A DNA stretch of 64,000 bases from a virus: the IMG/VR virus record IMGVR_UViG_3300030107_001446, positions 135,259-199,258 of that record. One strand, given 5' to 3'. The notes beneath the pieces are model-generated. The model worked only from the letters and a program-made list of their open reading frames with translations. It ran no database searches and had not been told where the DNA came from. Positions 6,302 to 17,100 of the stretch are shown here, one piece after another (the first letter of the stretch is position 1; each line of letters opens with the position of its first letter). The translations under genes and the position numbers were made by a program.

Positions 6302-6781
6302 ATGGTTTTAAACCCTAGACAAGAAAAGAAAATCGCCCTGCAAGAAACCTATAAGGATTTGGTAGGTCTCCCATGGCCTGCTCGTAGGTATCCAGGGTGT
6401 TACGATATTATACAGAAATACGCTAAGGCACAATTAGACCTCGACCTACCTAACTTCTCAGGGGTCTACCAGTCATTCGCAGATGACGCTGTAGCACAGG
6501 CAAATGGTCTATGGATAGAGAAACCTACATGGGGTGAGGAATTAGACTTTACAAACCTACAGAAGGATGACCTATTATTGTTTAGGTTATATACACAGGA
6601 AGGTAGGATTGTTACTCCAGAGAATGAGCGTATACCTAATCATGGTGCTGCTTACCTAGGTGATGGTTATATGCTACATCAACCATATAAGGAGTTAAGT
6701 CAGATAGTAGACATGAAAAGTAGTGGATGTAAGATATATCAGACATCTTGTGTAGGTGTAGTTAGGAATAACACTACATAG
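6302..6781 (+). CDS. NlpC/P60-family cysteine peptidase (candidate peptidoglycan endopeptidase or tail-associated protein)
   Basis: LVGLPW...GCY carries the catalytic Cys; GD.L.F-like DDLLLF; NHGAAYLGDGYMLHQ supplies the His and third triad residue. Confidence 0.8.
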   Translation: MVLNPRQEKKIALQETYKDLVGLPWPARRYPGCYDIIQKYAKAQLDLDLPNFSGVYQSFADDAVAQANGLWIEKPTWGEELDFTNLQKDDLLLFRLYTQEGRIVTPENERIPNHGAAYLGDGYMLHQPYKELSQIVDMKSSGCKIYQTSCVGVVRNNTT

Positions 6782-6806
6782 CAATAGACAACTGAATAAT
6801 AAGTTA

Positions 6807-6971
6807 ATGAGCAAAAGGTTTACTTTACAGATAGAGGAGACCTACGACGGTGATTGTTATGTTAACATACCACAGGATTTAATGGATGAATGTGGATGGA
6901 AAGCAGGAGATGTGCTAGAATATGAAGAAGAGACCGATGGGTCTGTTATCTTGATTAAAAGTGAAGAATGA
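6807..6971 (+). CDS. AbrB/MazE/SpoVT-type swapped-hairpin DNA-binding protein (54 aa, missed by the ORF track)
   Basis: MSKRFTLQIEETYDGDCYVNIPQDLMDECGWKAGDVLEYEEETDGSVILIKSEE matches the IP..l...gW..GD.l......dg.i.l signature. Confidence 0.8.
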   Translation: MSKRFTLQIEETYDGDCYVNIPQDLMDECGWKAGDVLEYEEETDGSVILIKSEE

Positions 6972-7036
6972 GATATAATCAAATAATGCTAACTATACTG
7001 GTTGTATGTAATATCATCAACTTGGTAAAAAATTAG
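6968..7036 (+). CDS. candidate 22-aa membrane micropeptide
   Basis: MRYNQIMLTILVVCNIINLVKN*; ATGA overlap with the AbrB-like stop; one hydrophobic stretch. Confidence 0.5.
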   Translation: MRYNQIMLTILVVCNIINLVKN

Positions 7037-7062
7037 CGTTTGAAAAAAATAAAAAAATCGTC

Positions 7063-7311
7063 GTGGAAACTCCAAAGTTTAACAGTGATGAGGAATTCAT
7101 CGCTTGGGCATTACAAAATATAAGTGAAGCAATAAAGAATCTATCCAGTAGAATAGAAGCTTTAGAGGGGGCAATAGGTAAAATGCCTCCCCCTGGTGCT
7201 GATATGATTAAGTATAAAGTCCCAGGTGATGACTCCTACTCTAATTTGAAAGAGTTATTTGATAATCTGTATAAGAGGATAAATACCTTAGAGAATAATA
7301 GTAAAACGTAG
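7063..7311 (+). CDS. hypothetical protein with short coiled coil
   Basis: 82 aa, GTG start; heptad segment ISEAIKNLSSRIEALE. Confidence 0.75.
   Translation: METPKFNSDEEFIAWALQNISEAIKNLSSRIEALEGAIGKMPPPGADMIKYKVPGDDSYSNLKELFDNLYKRINTLENNSKT
7279..7285 (+). promoter_or_regulatory. candidate T4-type late promoter
   Basis: ATAAATA 25 nt upstream of the GTG of the 1203-aa gene, embedded in the upstream CDS. Confidence 0.5.
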
Positions 7312-10300
7312 TGCCAGCTTATATTCAGGAAACAGGTCGAAGTTTTCCGAATCCTACTAAAGGCGGTGGTTTTAACCAAGTCTTTAAACGTCCTTCATCA
7401 GGTGAGTATACTACTCATGGAGATTACCCTGATGTAGGTAGCGGTATGGACTATAGTATCACCTTTGAGGGTGCTGGTCCAGGTACTATGCCTATGGGCA
7501 AAGATATTGTCCATTATATTGGTGATGATGACCCTACTAATGTTACCAGTGGTGGTGGGGAAAGAAGAGGAGTCTATAGATGGTATAGAGGGGTCAAAGA
7601 TGACCACATGTATACACAAGACCCTCAACAAAAGAAATCAGACTTCGGTTGCGAGAATGAGTCTTGGAGGACAGCAGCAGGAGGATATAACTCAGAACCT
7701 AGGCAAGGGACACCTGTATTCTATGTAATGAGAGAGCAGGTACCTAATAGTGTGCCACTCAATACCTATTACAGTCACTGGCCTGACGATTCACAACTGA
7801 CCGTAGGAGGTAATGTCCCTACTGGATTAAACGGAGTAGGTTGTGGAAGAAACAAATACTTTAATACTGGTAAGTTAGGATATGCCTTTACTTCAGAAGC
7901 AGATGCATTAGCATACTGTAGTGGTGGAGAGACTCCTGTCCCTCTATATGAGTATCTACATCCTGACCCAGACCATTTCTATACAATAGACCCTGCTAAT
8001 GAAGTTAATCTTAGTGGTGGTCCTATAGCACCTAAACATGCCTATGGTGGAGAATACTCCTACCTAGGCATTTTGTGTTGGGTATTTGCTGAACCTCCTA
8101 GAGATGCACCTACCGATACTATAGTAGACGTAGGTAAAATAGGTCCAACAGGGCAAACTCTTAACAAGAGTGGTTGGTATGACTACACTGATGATGACCA
8201 ATACTCCTATGGTGAGTCTGGATGGGGTTCTGGAGGGTGGTCTGAGTTCATGTATAGGCAAATGCGTGACTCAAACAGTAATGCAGTAGAGGGTCCACCT
8301 GCTGTTAACGGTTGGGGTAACCCAGATAACGTAGATATGCTATCTAATGATGCTCAATTTGAATGGGCTTATGGTTTATCTGGTGCTGTAAAGGGTGCTG
8401 TGCCTAGATTCCTCGGTTTTGAGGACATGTATGATGCTCAATTCGTCTTTTATTTGTTTGATACCTCCTTCCCATGGAATGGTCCTATCTTTTCTACACA
8501 GTATATCCTCTCAAATGCGAAATGTTGTCCAAATACTACTGACCCAGAGGGTTGTCCGCAGTGTGCACCAGTATGGACGTACCATTCTCACTTCTATGAG
8601 ATACAATCAGACTCATGGGAGACTACAAAAACAGAGATTTCCATACATGATGAGAGTAGTACGGGTGTAAAAGAGTCATTCTGGACTATAGGAACTGATT
8701 CTACTACACTATTCTTCCGTTATGTTACCCGTACAGGTGACTTTAACCGTGGAGATAAGATAAATGGGTGGGATATTGACGCAGTTTACTACTTTGGTGA
8801 TGAATTAAAGTGTGGAATAATGGAATTAACGTGGGATCAGGGTAGTGGTGCAACGAAAAATACCTTTTCTTATCAACAATCCTTCACTTCTACGGATAAT
8901 GGGGAGATAGAAGTGCTTGCTGGCTACGGTGTACCCAATAAAGCAGCGTTTTGTGGCACATATGAGTTTCCAAAGAAGATATCTTACTGGAAAGTAGAGG
9001 TAGATCCACAGGCTTTGATACCTCATCGTAAGATGGATGAGGCAGAAATGCGAGCTGTAGTCGGAGATGATGGTACAATCGTCGCAATAGACATAGTTAA
9101 TGGCGGTAGAGGGTATGTTTTAGAGGATACAATCATAGAATTAACGCATCCGAGGGAAATGGATAACTTCTCTGCTACGGATACAGCAGATTTTATGGAA
9201 AATAGTATTAATAGTGACACGGATTACGATAAAGCACTCGGTAATAGTCGCACAGAGAAAGGATTTAAGCGTAAAAACATGGAATCTGCTGTAAAAGCGT
9301 ATGGAACGCATAGCGGAATCGTGGATTTGAGTAAAGATAAGAATAATGAGCTCTATAAACTGAAAAAAGCAGTCGTAGAAGTAGAGAAAATAGACGAAGC
9401 AGGTACAATTAAGCGTGTAAGAGTCGTAGATGGTGGTGCAGGATACAACCAAGCGAATGTTCCTACCGTAATGATAGTACAACCAGAGAAAATTAAGGTA
9501 TCAGAGGACGCATCTCAGGATGAGATAGCTGCGACTGAGAAAGGAATGCAAGAAGCATGGAATCACGAGTTTACGGATGGAGATGTGCAACCAATTTCAT
9601 CTACATTTGACAAAGAAACCATGGGAATCATCGGATCTTCCATGGGAGTCTCCCCACAGGGAGAAAATTCAGGATCATCTGTCTATGTTGAGGTACCAGA
9701 CTCCTATGTAAGGGCAGCTAGTGACGGTGTAGACGACGATGTAACCAAATTATGCATGAATATACCCGCAGAATGTATTAATGTAGATGCTAAGGGTTAT
9801 ATTTCTGATGCTATGCCTGATGAAACCCAGTTTGAAATCATATCTGGAGCAGATCCAAACGGTATAGGACTATTTGAGAAGGAAGTGATGCCATATGCAT
9901 ATAGTGGCACTGCTCAAGTAGACCAATACTCAGAGAATGTCTCCCACTTATACGGTCCATTTGGTAAACAGAGGTGTATTGAGGTAAGACAACCTAAACT
10001 TTACAACATAACTCGTTGGTTTGATATGCCATGTGCATATTTGGATGCTAACGAGGCAGGTGAGCAGAAGGCATTTGGTTATCTACCCTTTAAATACTGT
10101 GGTTCTGAGCAGAAGGATGCAACCTTTAGAGTATCACTTAGTTGTGAGGGACGTATAACTGGTAGTCAAGGTGGTGCGTGTATGGATTTCATACAGAGTT
10201 TACCTACTCCGCATCTACAACAGAAGAGACCTACACCAACAAACAATAGATGTTGGAATTGTAGACGTGGTAATGTACCTGGTAGGTGTTACCGTGACCC

Positions 10301-10922
10301 TAGTGACCCTAATGACATTGTATTTGTGCCAGTAGGTTTGGATGAGAATACTTACGACTATAATAGGAGTAACTTTACAGAGCTAGAGCAGTTACAAATG
10401 TGGGCAGGGCAGAATATTACCAGTGCAGCCGCAGTGCAGACATGGTTAGGACACCCAACCGCACAAGACCCTGCTGGTACTCCGCACTCTGTTGATTATA
10501 CTGAGCTTACTGTTGCGTCATGTAGCGGAGGAGTCCCGCCAAATGAGTGTTGGGATACCTATGTGCGTGGAGTAACTGCGTCAGACGGTCCATTAGTAGT
10601 GTATAGTGAGTACGATGCGAACGGAAATGGCGGTGGTGGTAGTACCTTCTGTCAGACAAGTCAATTATATGACTCTTGTGTTGCACTAGATAAGTGTATG
10701 GATGCGTCTATTGCCATCAACCCTAAGCGTATGACTGGTAGTGGCACTAATGCACGGATGTTAATGGGTCCGTATAATGGAACTATGACCGTGCGGAATT
10801 ATCTTACTGGTGGTACTATTGCACTAGATAAGAGTATCAAGAATTATGGTAACCCATACTTTGATGAGTGTAGTGAGGAGAATGCGTGGACAGAAGGTAC
10901 ACAGGTTAACGAGGATTTATAA
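7311..10922 (+). CDS. large putative virion protein (DUF5648-like H-F/M-Y-T repeats at the N-terminus, Gly-rich GxGY linkers, Cys-rich C-terminus)
   Basis: 1203 aa; VYRWY...DHMYT and PLYEY...DHFYT repeats; NGGRGY and DGGAGY motifs shared with the baseplate genes; start and stop overlap both neighbours. Confidence 0.8.
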   Translation: MPAYIQETGRSFPNPTKGGGFNQVFKRPSSGEYTTHGDYPDVGSGMDYSITFEGAGPGTMPMGKDIVHYIGDDDPTNVTSGGGERRGVYRWYRGVKDDHMYTQDPQQKKSDFGCENESWRTAAGGYNSEPRQGTPVFYVMREQVPNSVPLNTYYSHWPDDSQLTVGGNVPTGLNGVGCGRNKYFNTGKLGYAFTSEADALAYCSGGETPVPLYEYLHPDPDHFYTIDPANEVNLSGGPIAPKHAYGGEYSYLGILCWVFAEPPRDAPTDTIVDVGKIGPTGQTLNKSGWYDYTDDDQYSYGESGWGSGGWSEFMYRQMRDSNSNAVEGPPAVNGWGNPDNVDMLSNDAQFEWAYGLSGAVKGAVPRFLGFEDMYDAQFVFYLFDTSFPWNGPIFSTQYILSNAKCCPNTTDPEGCPQCAPVWTYHSHFYEIQSDSWETTKTEISIHDESSTGVKESFWTIGTDSTTLFFRYVTRTGDFNRGDKINGWDIDAVYYFGDELKCGIMELTWDQGSGATKNTFSYQQSFTSTDNGEIEVLAGYGVPNKAAFCGTYEFPKKISYWKVEVDPQALIPHRKMDEAEMRAVVGDDGTIVAIDIVNGGRGYVLEDTIIELTHPREMDNFSATDTADFMENSINSDTDYDKALGNSRTEKGFKRKNMESAVKAYGTHSGIVDLSKDKNNELYKLKKAVVEVEKIDEAGTIKRVRVVDGGAGYNQANVPTVMIVQPEKIKVSEDASQDEIAATEKGMQEAWNHEFTDGDVQPISSTFDKETMGIIGSSMGVSPQGENSGSSVYVEVPDSYVRAASDGVDDDVTKLCMNIPAECINVDAKGYISDAMPDETQFEIISGADPNGIGLFEKEVMPYAYSGTAQVDQYSENVSHLYGPFGKQRCIEVRQPKLYNITRWFDMPCAYLDANEAGEQKAFGYLPFKYCGSEQKDATFRVSLSCEGRITGSQGGACMDFIQSLPTPHLQQKRPTPTNNRCWNCRRGNVPGRCYRDPSDPNDIVFVPVGLDENTYDYNRSNFTELEQLQMWAGQNITSAAAVQTWLGHPTAQDPAGTPHSVDYTELTVASCSGGVPPNECWDTYVRGVTASDGPLVVYSEYDANGNGGGGSTFCQTSQLYDSCVALDKCMDASIAINPKRMTGSGTNARMLMGPYNGTMTVRNYLTGGTIALDKSIKNYGNPYFDECSEENAWTEGTQVNEDL

Positions 10923-11455
10923 TGGCATTTGGATTTTTAAAACCAGTTGCATCACTTAACGGACTACCTTGCAGTGGTCACGGACTTTGTTTGCCTTCTA
11001 CTATACACTCTGTACAGAGTTGTGGTAGTCCTCCTATTCCTTATTCTATTGTGATTAAGGAATTTACATGTTGGTGGCCTCCGCACCCTACGGTTCCCTT
11101 CTTCCCTGTTACACCATTACGTGCTACAGTGTTAGTGAATCGTATTCCCATCATGTTATTGGGTGATACATTCATACCACACATTGCTGTGTGTACCAAT
11201 ATAATTGTGTACATATGTCCTTGTGGTAAGGCAATGTGTCCAACGCCCACTCCAATCCCTTGTAGCGTCCTTACAATCGAAGATGGTGGAGGAGTCGGTC
11301 ATACTAGAATCTGTATGGCAACGACCTTTACTGTATTTGCATTGAAGCGACCTATAGGTAGGATTCTGGATCCGTTAGGAGTTGGATTCTCAGGGTTTAG
11401 TTACCCTTGTTCATCTGTGGTTGCATTTGGGCATGCAACTGTGTTAGCATCATAG
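10922..11455 (+). CDS. PAAR-like spike-tip protein (T4 gp5.4-like), Cys-expanded
   Basis: CSGHG start, TVLVN..PI..LGD..IPH, TVFA..RPIGRI.D and a C-terminal CSSVVA.G..TVLA; 11 Cys; lies next to gp25. Confidence 0.8.
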   Translation: MAFGFLKPVASLNGLPCSGHGLCLPSTIHSVQSCGSPPIPYSIVIKEFTCWWPPHPTVPFFPVTPLRATVLVNRIPIMLLGDTFIPHIAVCTNIIVYICPCGKAMCPTPTPIPCSVLTIEDGGGVGHTRICMATTFTVFALKRPIGRILDPLGVGFSGFSYPCSSVVAFGHATVLAS

Positions 11456-11471
11456 TAGTTTATTTTAAATT

Positions 11472-11609
11472 ATGGCATTATACTCGTCAACTGGTGGATA
11501 TATTACTCCTCCTGCAAAGAAAACAAGACAAGGAAACTCGAAAAACACAAAATTGAGTGCTACTTCTCGTAATGGAGCAAGAAAAAAATATAGGGGTCAA
11601 GGAAAATAG
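11472..11609 (+). CDS. small basic conserved protein (45 aa, missed by the ORF track)
   Basis: MALYSSTGGYITPPAKKTRQGNSKNTKLSATSRNGARKKYRGQGK*; the KTRQG..K...SA.SRN...K.YRGQG pattern is recalled from T4-like cyanophages near gp25. Confidence 0.75.
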   Translation: MALYSSTGGYITPPAKKTRQGNSKNTKLSATSRNGARKKYRGQGK

Positions 11610-11620
11610 TCGGGAAACCC

Positions 11621-11628
11621 TATAAATA
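11621..11628 (+). promoter_or_regulatory. T4-type late promoter
   Basis: Exact TATAAATA, intergenic, upstream of gp25. Confidence 0.85.
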
Positions 11629-11634
11629 AACATA

Positions 11635-12069
11635 TTGGCACTAAATATAGGTAATATGCCATCGTATAGGTTCAGATCTGAAAAATATATCAGTAGAGGG
11701 TTTAAGGATTTAGCAGTCTCTTTTAAACCAAACCCTTCTACAGGAGATTTTGGTGTGGTCAAAAATGAAAACGCTATAAAACAGTCTGTCCGAAACATCA
11801 TATTAACAATGTTTGGTGAAAGACCTTTTCAATATGAAATTGGGTCTAGGGTTAAAGCACTATTGTTTGAGCCTTGGGATCCATTTAGTGCTGATAGTAT
11901 GAAAAGTGAAATTCGTAATGCTCTGGATAGATTAGAACCAAGAATCGAAGTTAACCAAATTAAGTTAAGGGATGATTCTGATATAAATTCCATCCAGGTT
12001 GGTATTGACTACACTATCGTGGGTCAAGAAGAAATACAAAACGTCGAATTTCTCTTAGAGAGAGCATAA
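11635..12069 (+). CDS. gp25: baseplate wedge subunit gp25
   Basis: FKDL..SF..NP...D...KNE.AIKQSVRNII.T..GERPF...GS....LFE and EPRI motifs; start is either TTG 11635 or ATG 11656. Confidence 0.93.
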   Translation: MALNIGNMPSYRFRSEKYISRGFKDLAVSFKPNPSTGDFGVVKNENAIKQSVRNIILTMFGERPFQYEIGSRVKALLFEPWDPFSADSMKSEIRNALDRLEPRIEVNQIKLRDDSDINSIQVGIDYTIVGQEEIQNVEFLLERA

Positions 12070-14168
12070 TGTCCGCTATTCCATCACAATTAACGTCGTT
12101 AGACTTCTTTGAAATCAAAGAATCTATCAGATCTTACCTTAGAACTCGTAAAGAATTCACAGACTACGACTTTGAAGGTAGTTCTGCGTCATATTTGATA
12201 GATATTCTTGCTTATAACACTTATTATACTGCCTTTAATGCTAATATGGCATTAAATGAGGCATTTTTGGAGACTGCTACTGTTAGAGATAACATTGTAA
12301 GGATAGCAAAGCAGTTAAATTACACTCCAAGGTCTATAAAAGCAGCTAGAGCATGCTTGAGATTGGTTGCACAGACAACAACATCTCTAAATGGCACTAC
12401 ATTCCCAGAATTTTGCACATTACATAAAGGTGATGTGTTTGTAGCAGAGAATGAGGCTGATACTTTTACCTTTGCATTGACAGAAGACATCAAAGTTGCG
12501 GTAGATTCATCTACTGGAAAGGCAACCTTCGATAATGTATTGGTATATCAGGGAAATCTGCTAACATACAACTATACAGTTGATTATACAGTCAAGCAGG
12601 ACTATGTAATACCTGCTGAAAACGTTGATACCTCTCTTTTGAGAGTAGATGTATCTCCAAATGCTCAATCCTCTGAAACTGACACCTATAGTCAGGCAGC
12701 AAACATCACATCTACTGATGCTACCTCAAGGATTTACTATTTGGAAGAGGCAGATGACCTTAGATACCGTTTAGTCTTCGGTGATGGGGTTATTGGACGT
12801 AAATTAATCGATGGAGAATACCTTACCCTCACCTATGTGGTAACAAATGGTGTTGAGGCTAATGGATGTAAGAATTTTGACTATATTGGTTATATAAACG
12901 ACTCAGATGGTAGACCAATTAACCCTTCTGCCATCACATTGGTCACCAAAGACGCTGCACAGGACGGTGAAGAGCACGAAACCGCACTTTCGGTTAAGTT
13001 TAGAGCACCTAGGGCATATGCAACCCAAAACAGGGCAGTTACTGAAACAGATTATGAGCATATCGTCTCTGAAATCTATCCACAAGCAGCTTCAGTGACT
13101 GCTTATGGTGGTGAGAAGTTAAATCCACCTGTTTATGGTAAAGTTTATGTCGCTATACGACCAAAAACAGGAAATAAGCTTAATGAGACAACAAAACAGA
13201 AGATAAAAAACGATTTGAAGAAATATTCAGTCGCTTCTATTGAACCAGTCATCATTGACCCAACTTCTTTCTACGTTATTCCAAAATCTTACGTTTATTA
13301 CAACGGAAACGAGACTGGACTTACTGGATCGCAACTTGGCACTAAAGTTTTACAGTCTATTGATGCTTATAACAGAAATGGACAGAATAACAGGTTTGGA
13401 GGACGTATAGACGGCTCTAAATTTGGTGCAATGCTTGATAATAGCGATACCTCCATTGCAGGTAACGTTACACAGATGACTTTAGGTCAAAATCTCGATA
13501 AATTCACTTTTGGTAACGTATTTACCCAATGTCTTGATTTTGGTAACCCACTTTATAACCCATCTAACTATTCTGGCAATCCAGATGGAGGAGATGGTGA
13601 TAATACAGGTGTTTCCTGTAAACCTTCCTTCTCTGTTGCTAAATCTGGTACATTTTATGCCACAGGCTACACAGAAGACCTTGTAAACCTCACTTTAAGT
13701 GATGGTGCTACTGCTGCTGCTATATCAACTCCTGGTTTAAGCACAAATGTAACAAATCAGGTGTTAGTCCCAGTAAATATAAGAGATGATGGATCAGGAA
13801 ACCTTATTCTAGTTACTACTAGAGATGAGACTGAATTGATACTCAATCCTTCCGTTGGAAGTGTAGATTATGCGAATGGAATAGTCTGTGTTGGACCGAT
13901 TGCAATACAAGGCACTCCAGATGATACTGAAAGACTTCCAATTCAAGTATTACCAGCTGGTGGATCAATTAATATCCCACCAGGTGTAGATCCAACAATC
14001 TTTAACCCATCAGTCAATCCTATTGACTATACAATCAACGATACTGCAATCCCCACCTTCGATCCTAACAACTTTAATGGTTTCAATTTCGGTGATATTG
14101 GGGGCATAAATATTATCGATTATCCAACTGATACGTTCACGTATCCAGTCAGCGACTCCTGTTTCTAA
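12069..14168 (+). CDS. gp6: baseplate wedge subunit gp6
   Basis: LDF..IK..I..YL.....FTDYDFEGS....LIDILAYNTYY.AFNANM..NE.FL.TA..R.N.V..AK.L.YTPRS, plus QNRAVT..DY. Confidence 0.95.
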   Translation: MSAIPSQLTSLDFFEIKESIRSYLRTRKEFTDYDFEGSSASYLIDILAYNTYYTAFNANMALNEAFLETATVRDNIVRIAKQLNYTPRSIKAARACLRLVAQTTTSLNGTTFPEFCTLHKGDVFVAENEADTFTFALTEDIKVAVDSSTGKATFDNVLVYQGNLLTYNYTVDYTVKQDYVIPAENVDTSLLRVDVSPNAQSSETDTYSQAANITSTDATSRIYYLEEADDLRYRLVFGDGVIGRKLIDGEYLTLTYVVTNGVEANGCKNFDYIGYINDSDGRPINPSAITLVTKDAAQDGEEHETALSVKFRAPRAYATQNRAVTETDYEHIVSEIYPQAASVTAYGGEKLNPPVYGKVYVAIRPKTGNKLNETTKQKIKNDLKKYSVASIEPVIIDPTSFYVIPKSYVYYNGNETGLTGSQLGTKVLQSIDAYNRNGQNNRFGGRIDGSKFGAMLDNSDTSIAGNVTQMTLGQNLDKFTFGNVFTQCLDFGNPLYNPSNYSGNPDGGDGDNTGVSCKPSFSVAKSGTFYATGYTEDLVNLTLSDGATAAAISTPGLSTNVTNQVLVPVNIRDDGSGNLILVTTRDETELILNPSVGSVDYANGIVCVGPIAIQGTPDDTERLPIQVLPAGGSINIPPGVDPTIFNPSVNPIDYTINDTAIPTFDPNNFNGFNFGDIGGINIIDYPTDTFTYPVSDSCF

Positions 14169-14174
14169 GAATAA

Positions 14175-17100
14175 ATGACTCCGATAACCAAGAATATCAA
14201 CGTCTCTGATAGGGTCGAAAATCAGTTACCTGAATTTATACGCCAGGAAGACAGACAATTAGTCAACTTCCTATTTGAATACTATAAATCACAGGAAAAA
14301 ACTGGTAGACCATACGATATCCTCAACAACTTGATGAGGTATCTTGACCTTGACAAATACTCCTCAGAAGAGTTGTCAAGTAGCACGAGCTTGTTAAAAG
14401 ATATTGGGGTAGATGACACTAAGATAGAAATAGAGAGTATTAATGGATTCCAGACAAGAGATGGATCCATAATGGTTGATAATGAGATCATTTACTACGA
14501 GGGAGTCACTCGTGGACCTGATGTTATTATTACACCTGGTATTTCACTTCCACAGTTTAATAAGAAGAAGCAACAACTAGAAAACCCCTTCACATCGTTT
14601 GATGGTGTTGAAAGAGTCTTCCCATTAAGTTTTTTAGGTACTCCTATAGCACCTCCTAGTGCAGAGCACTTAATTGTAGTGACATACAACGATATGCTGA
14701 TTCCTGGATCAGAGTATACTGTTAATGGCACTAATATATCATTTACAAATCCACCTAGAGCAAGAACAGGTGCAGATGATTCAGAATTTACTCAAGTAGT
14801 ATATTTGGTTGGATATGCAGACCAAACAATCGTTACTGCTGACCAAATCCCATATCAAGAGTGGCAGAATACTCAAGTTTATCCATTAAGAGTTAATGGA
14901 CAGTCTTATACTCCAACTTCTGATATTGGTTTAATTATTAACAAGAATGGTAGGTTACAAACTCCTCAAGACGACTATACCCTCTTTGAAGACAAGGTTA
15001 TCTTCAAAAACCCAGTCGGTGCTGCTGATCTTATCCATATTAGGTCTGTTGAATATGTTGCTCCTGCATATGGGTCTGGAGCCTCAGCTATTGCTCAAGT
15101 TGATACTATAGGTCAGATTGAAGCAATCATTCCTAAGGATGGTGGTAAGAAGTATCGTCTAGATTTCGCTCCTAAGGTTGCTATAACCCATAAAGATGGT
15201 ATTAGTGCTACTGCAAAGTCCCTAGTTGGTGGTATTAAGGATATTAACCTTATAGATGGTGGACAAGGGTATTCTTCTTATAACCCACCTATCCCAGTAG
15301 TTGTAGCACCTGCAGATCCTAATGGATCCATTGCACAACTAAGTTTAACAGTTAATGATGTAACTGGAACAGTTGATAGCGTTACTATTACTAATAGTGG
15401 TAGTGGATATGACTTTATTCCCGCTATTTCCTTTAAGAATCCTTCTGGTGCTACTATAGGTGCACCTACTATTGACATAGAAGGTAGAGTTAACATAGGT
15501 AGCATCCCTGTTATCACTATGGGTAGTGGATATAGTAATCCACCTACAGTTTATATTGATGCTGCTCCAGATGGGGGTATCAATGCTCAGGCAGTCTCTA
15601 AAATCAACCAAGATGGTCAAGTATATGAGATTACCATTGTTAATAGGGGTAAAGGATACATTACACCTCCTAGAGTAAAGATTGTTGAGCCTATAGGTGC
15701 TCAAGTCCTCGATGTAACGGTTGCATCGGGAAGTGTTACAAATATTGAGATGTTAACAGGTGGTAGCGGTTATACAGACGCACCATCAGTCTACATAGTT
15801 GACAAAAGGGTTGATGGATATGGAGAACCAATTGGAGGTACTGGTGCAACAGCAGTTGCCACCATTTTTAATGGTGAAATCACCGATATCAACATTACTA
15901 ACTTTGGAACTGGTTATTCCGAGTCTGAACCCCCTCAAATCTATATTGCAGAACCTAAATCCGCTAGAGCATCGGTAGATGTAGGTTTTGACGAAGTAAC
16001 TGGATTCGACATCCTAGAAAAGGGCAGTGGATACTCTTCTTCTGCCTTTTTACAATGTTCTCGTGGTGTTTCTGGTCCTGTTAAGTATGATAACCTTCAT
16101 AATGAGATATATGCCACTGAAGCGAATTTAAGACAGTCTGATCACCATGCAGGTGCTGCTGTAGTCAATTTAGACACTTTATTCATCAAAGAAGTCTTCG
16201 ATAAGTTTAGAAGGCAGTATTTGCCGACTTTAGACATTGATTTTGCGTCAATTAACCCAGTTCAGGTAATTAAGAATATTACCGACTTCTATATCTCGAA
16301 AGGTACTAAATTATCGACTCAATACCTCTTCAAAATTCTTTTTGGTGAAGATGTTGACCTTTATTATCCAAAAGATGAAATAATCAGTCCATCTCATGCA
16401 ACTTGGGTTGTAGACACGGTTTTAAGAGCCGAATTGATGGAAGGAGACCCAAATAACCTAATTGACTCCCAAGTTAACCAATATGCCGATGATGTAGACC
16501 CTAATGTTACTGCTGCGTCTGCATTGATTGAAAACGTCATTACAATCATCGAAGGAACCGATACAATCTACGAATTGGCGATTTCTGAAGAAACCTTGGT
16601 TGGAAGCTTCATTATTCCTTATAAAACTCGTCTTGTTGAGCCATTAACGACCACTGGGCAAATAATCACTGTTGACTCTACTATTGGATGGCCTGAAAGA
16701 AATGGTACCATAAGAATAAATGATGAAGAAGAAGTACAATATAAAGAGAAATCTCTAAACCAATTCATTGAATGTACCAGAAGCAAAAACGGAATTGTTG
16801 AAGATTGGGATCCAGGAACAATAATTCAGTCCGATATTTACGTTTGGACTAACTTTGGAACAGCACAGCAATGTAAGTTAAGAATATTAGGAATTGCTGA
16901 AGCAGGTACTACAGTTCTTAATGATACAGGGTCATATTACCTTCAAGGAGATAAACTAAAGGTAGCAAACCTTGGATCTACTGCTGAGGAGTTAAGACTC
17001 CAATCTTGGTTATATAACGTCAAGAAACTTATCCAAGTTACCACTATAACTCCTGGTGGAGTTAATAACCAGACTGCGACTGTAGTTTGCGGTAACCCAC

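Noticed and set aside
14169-14177. GAATAAATG just before the giant gene
   Set aside because: It reads ATAAATG rather than ATAAATA and includes the start codon itself, so it is unlikely to be a late promoter.
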